A stretch of 48,340 bases of DNA from Octopus bimaculoides (taxonomy: Eukaryota): assembly GCF_001194135.2 (NCBI RefSeq), contig NC_068993.1, forward strand, positions 64,930,580 to 64,978,919, read 5' to 3'. A program made the translations under genes and the position numbers. A model generated the notes under the pieces. The model saw only the letters and a list, made by a program, of their open reading frames with translations. It was not told where the DNA came from and ran no database searches. This document shows positions 47,401 to 48,340 of this stretch, piece after piece; positions within the stretch are counted from its first letter, which is position 1; each line of letters begins with the position of its first letter.

Positions 47401-48340
47401 GGAGTTAGTTGTTGCCATCAACCTCAGTACTTCCTTGATACTTGACTTTTTCAACCCCAAAAGAATGATAGGCCAAGCTGACTATGACAAAATTTGATGT
47501 CAAAACATGAAGAGCCAGAATCAATACCACAAGATATTTCTTCTGCCAGCTCACTGCCTTTGATAGTAATGATAATGGTTCCTGATCTCAGCATAAGGCC
47601 AGCTGTTTTGTGGGGAAGGCATAAGTCAATACCATCAACCCTAGTACATGACTGGTACTTTATTTTTCAACTCTAGAAGGATGAAAGGCAAAGCTGATCT
47701 TGGTGGGATTTGAACTCAGACTGTGCAGACAGCACAAAAACTGCAAAGCAGCTTTCCTAATGGTTTAATGATTCTACCAGCTTGCAGCCTTTCATGATGA
47801 TGATCATCATCATCATCATTGTCCTCATTTTAACATCCACTTTTCCACGCTTGCATAGATTGGATGAAGGTTATGGAGGTAAATTTTGTATGGTGCCTTC
47901 TTATTGCTTGTCTTGTGTGTTCCAAGAAAGGTAGTATGCCCCCATGATCAGACAAGTTTTTTGCGGAATATTGAAAATGAATGGCAATGCTTGTATAACA
48001 GTGACATTTATTCACAACTAGGTGCAACTGCAGAAATAAGTCCCATTGTCCGTTATTAGGAAATTGTAGCACCCGTAACGTAGTGTACAGATGCATTATA
48101 AGTACAATAACCGAGAATTATATTTACATAGGATGTAGTATTAATGTGAAACAGAGAATATATAACCATAAGTCTTCTTTTAGACTAAGACATAAGGCAA
48201 ATAGTACGACATTAAAAGATAATGGTATTAATTTTAGCCTTTAATGGGAAATTTCTGCTTTTGGCAAAATCATATTTGGGGAAATTTCTGCTAGAAATAG
48301 CAGCTAAATCACCGTTTTTGGCAATAACATATTTGTAGAA

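Noticed and set aside
45776-48340. Upstream TMEM184C exon (expected ILWMVPIY-type motif)
   Set aside because: No matching minus-strand frame with splice sites. The WMV-like hits lie inside the RTE, so the 5' exons are outside the window.

Overview
AT-rich, microsatellite- and transposon-dense animal genomic DNA with assembly gaps. The repeat style resembles an octopus/coleoid cephalopod genome; this is an inference and was not checked against a database. The right half carries the last seven coding exons of a TMEM184C orthologue on the minus strand (45775->25730). Every junction is GT-AG and phase-consistent, giving 1242 nt = 413 aa + stop. The 5' exons lie beyond the window end, and a likely poly(A) site is near 25240. 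Everything else I can support is decayed or non-autonomous mobile DNA: Tx1/L1-, RTE-, CR1- and R4-type LINE fragments, tRNA-derived SINEs, a mariner, MULE- and Merlin-like elements with target-site duplications (TSDs), MITEs and several long inverted repeats. The most notable unannotated signals are: a structurally complete minimal type I hammerhead ribozyme (2029-2101) plus a decayed second one; a head-to-tail chain of Tx1-like elements whose junctions all fall in (GATA/GACA)n tracts; a cluster of splice-donor motifs with an AG|GT ratchet and a candidate poison exon in a TMEM184C intron; nested foldback elements; a 261-bp near-identical duplication bracketing one exon; and a marked CpG-depletion contrast between the gene and its downstream flank.
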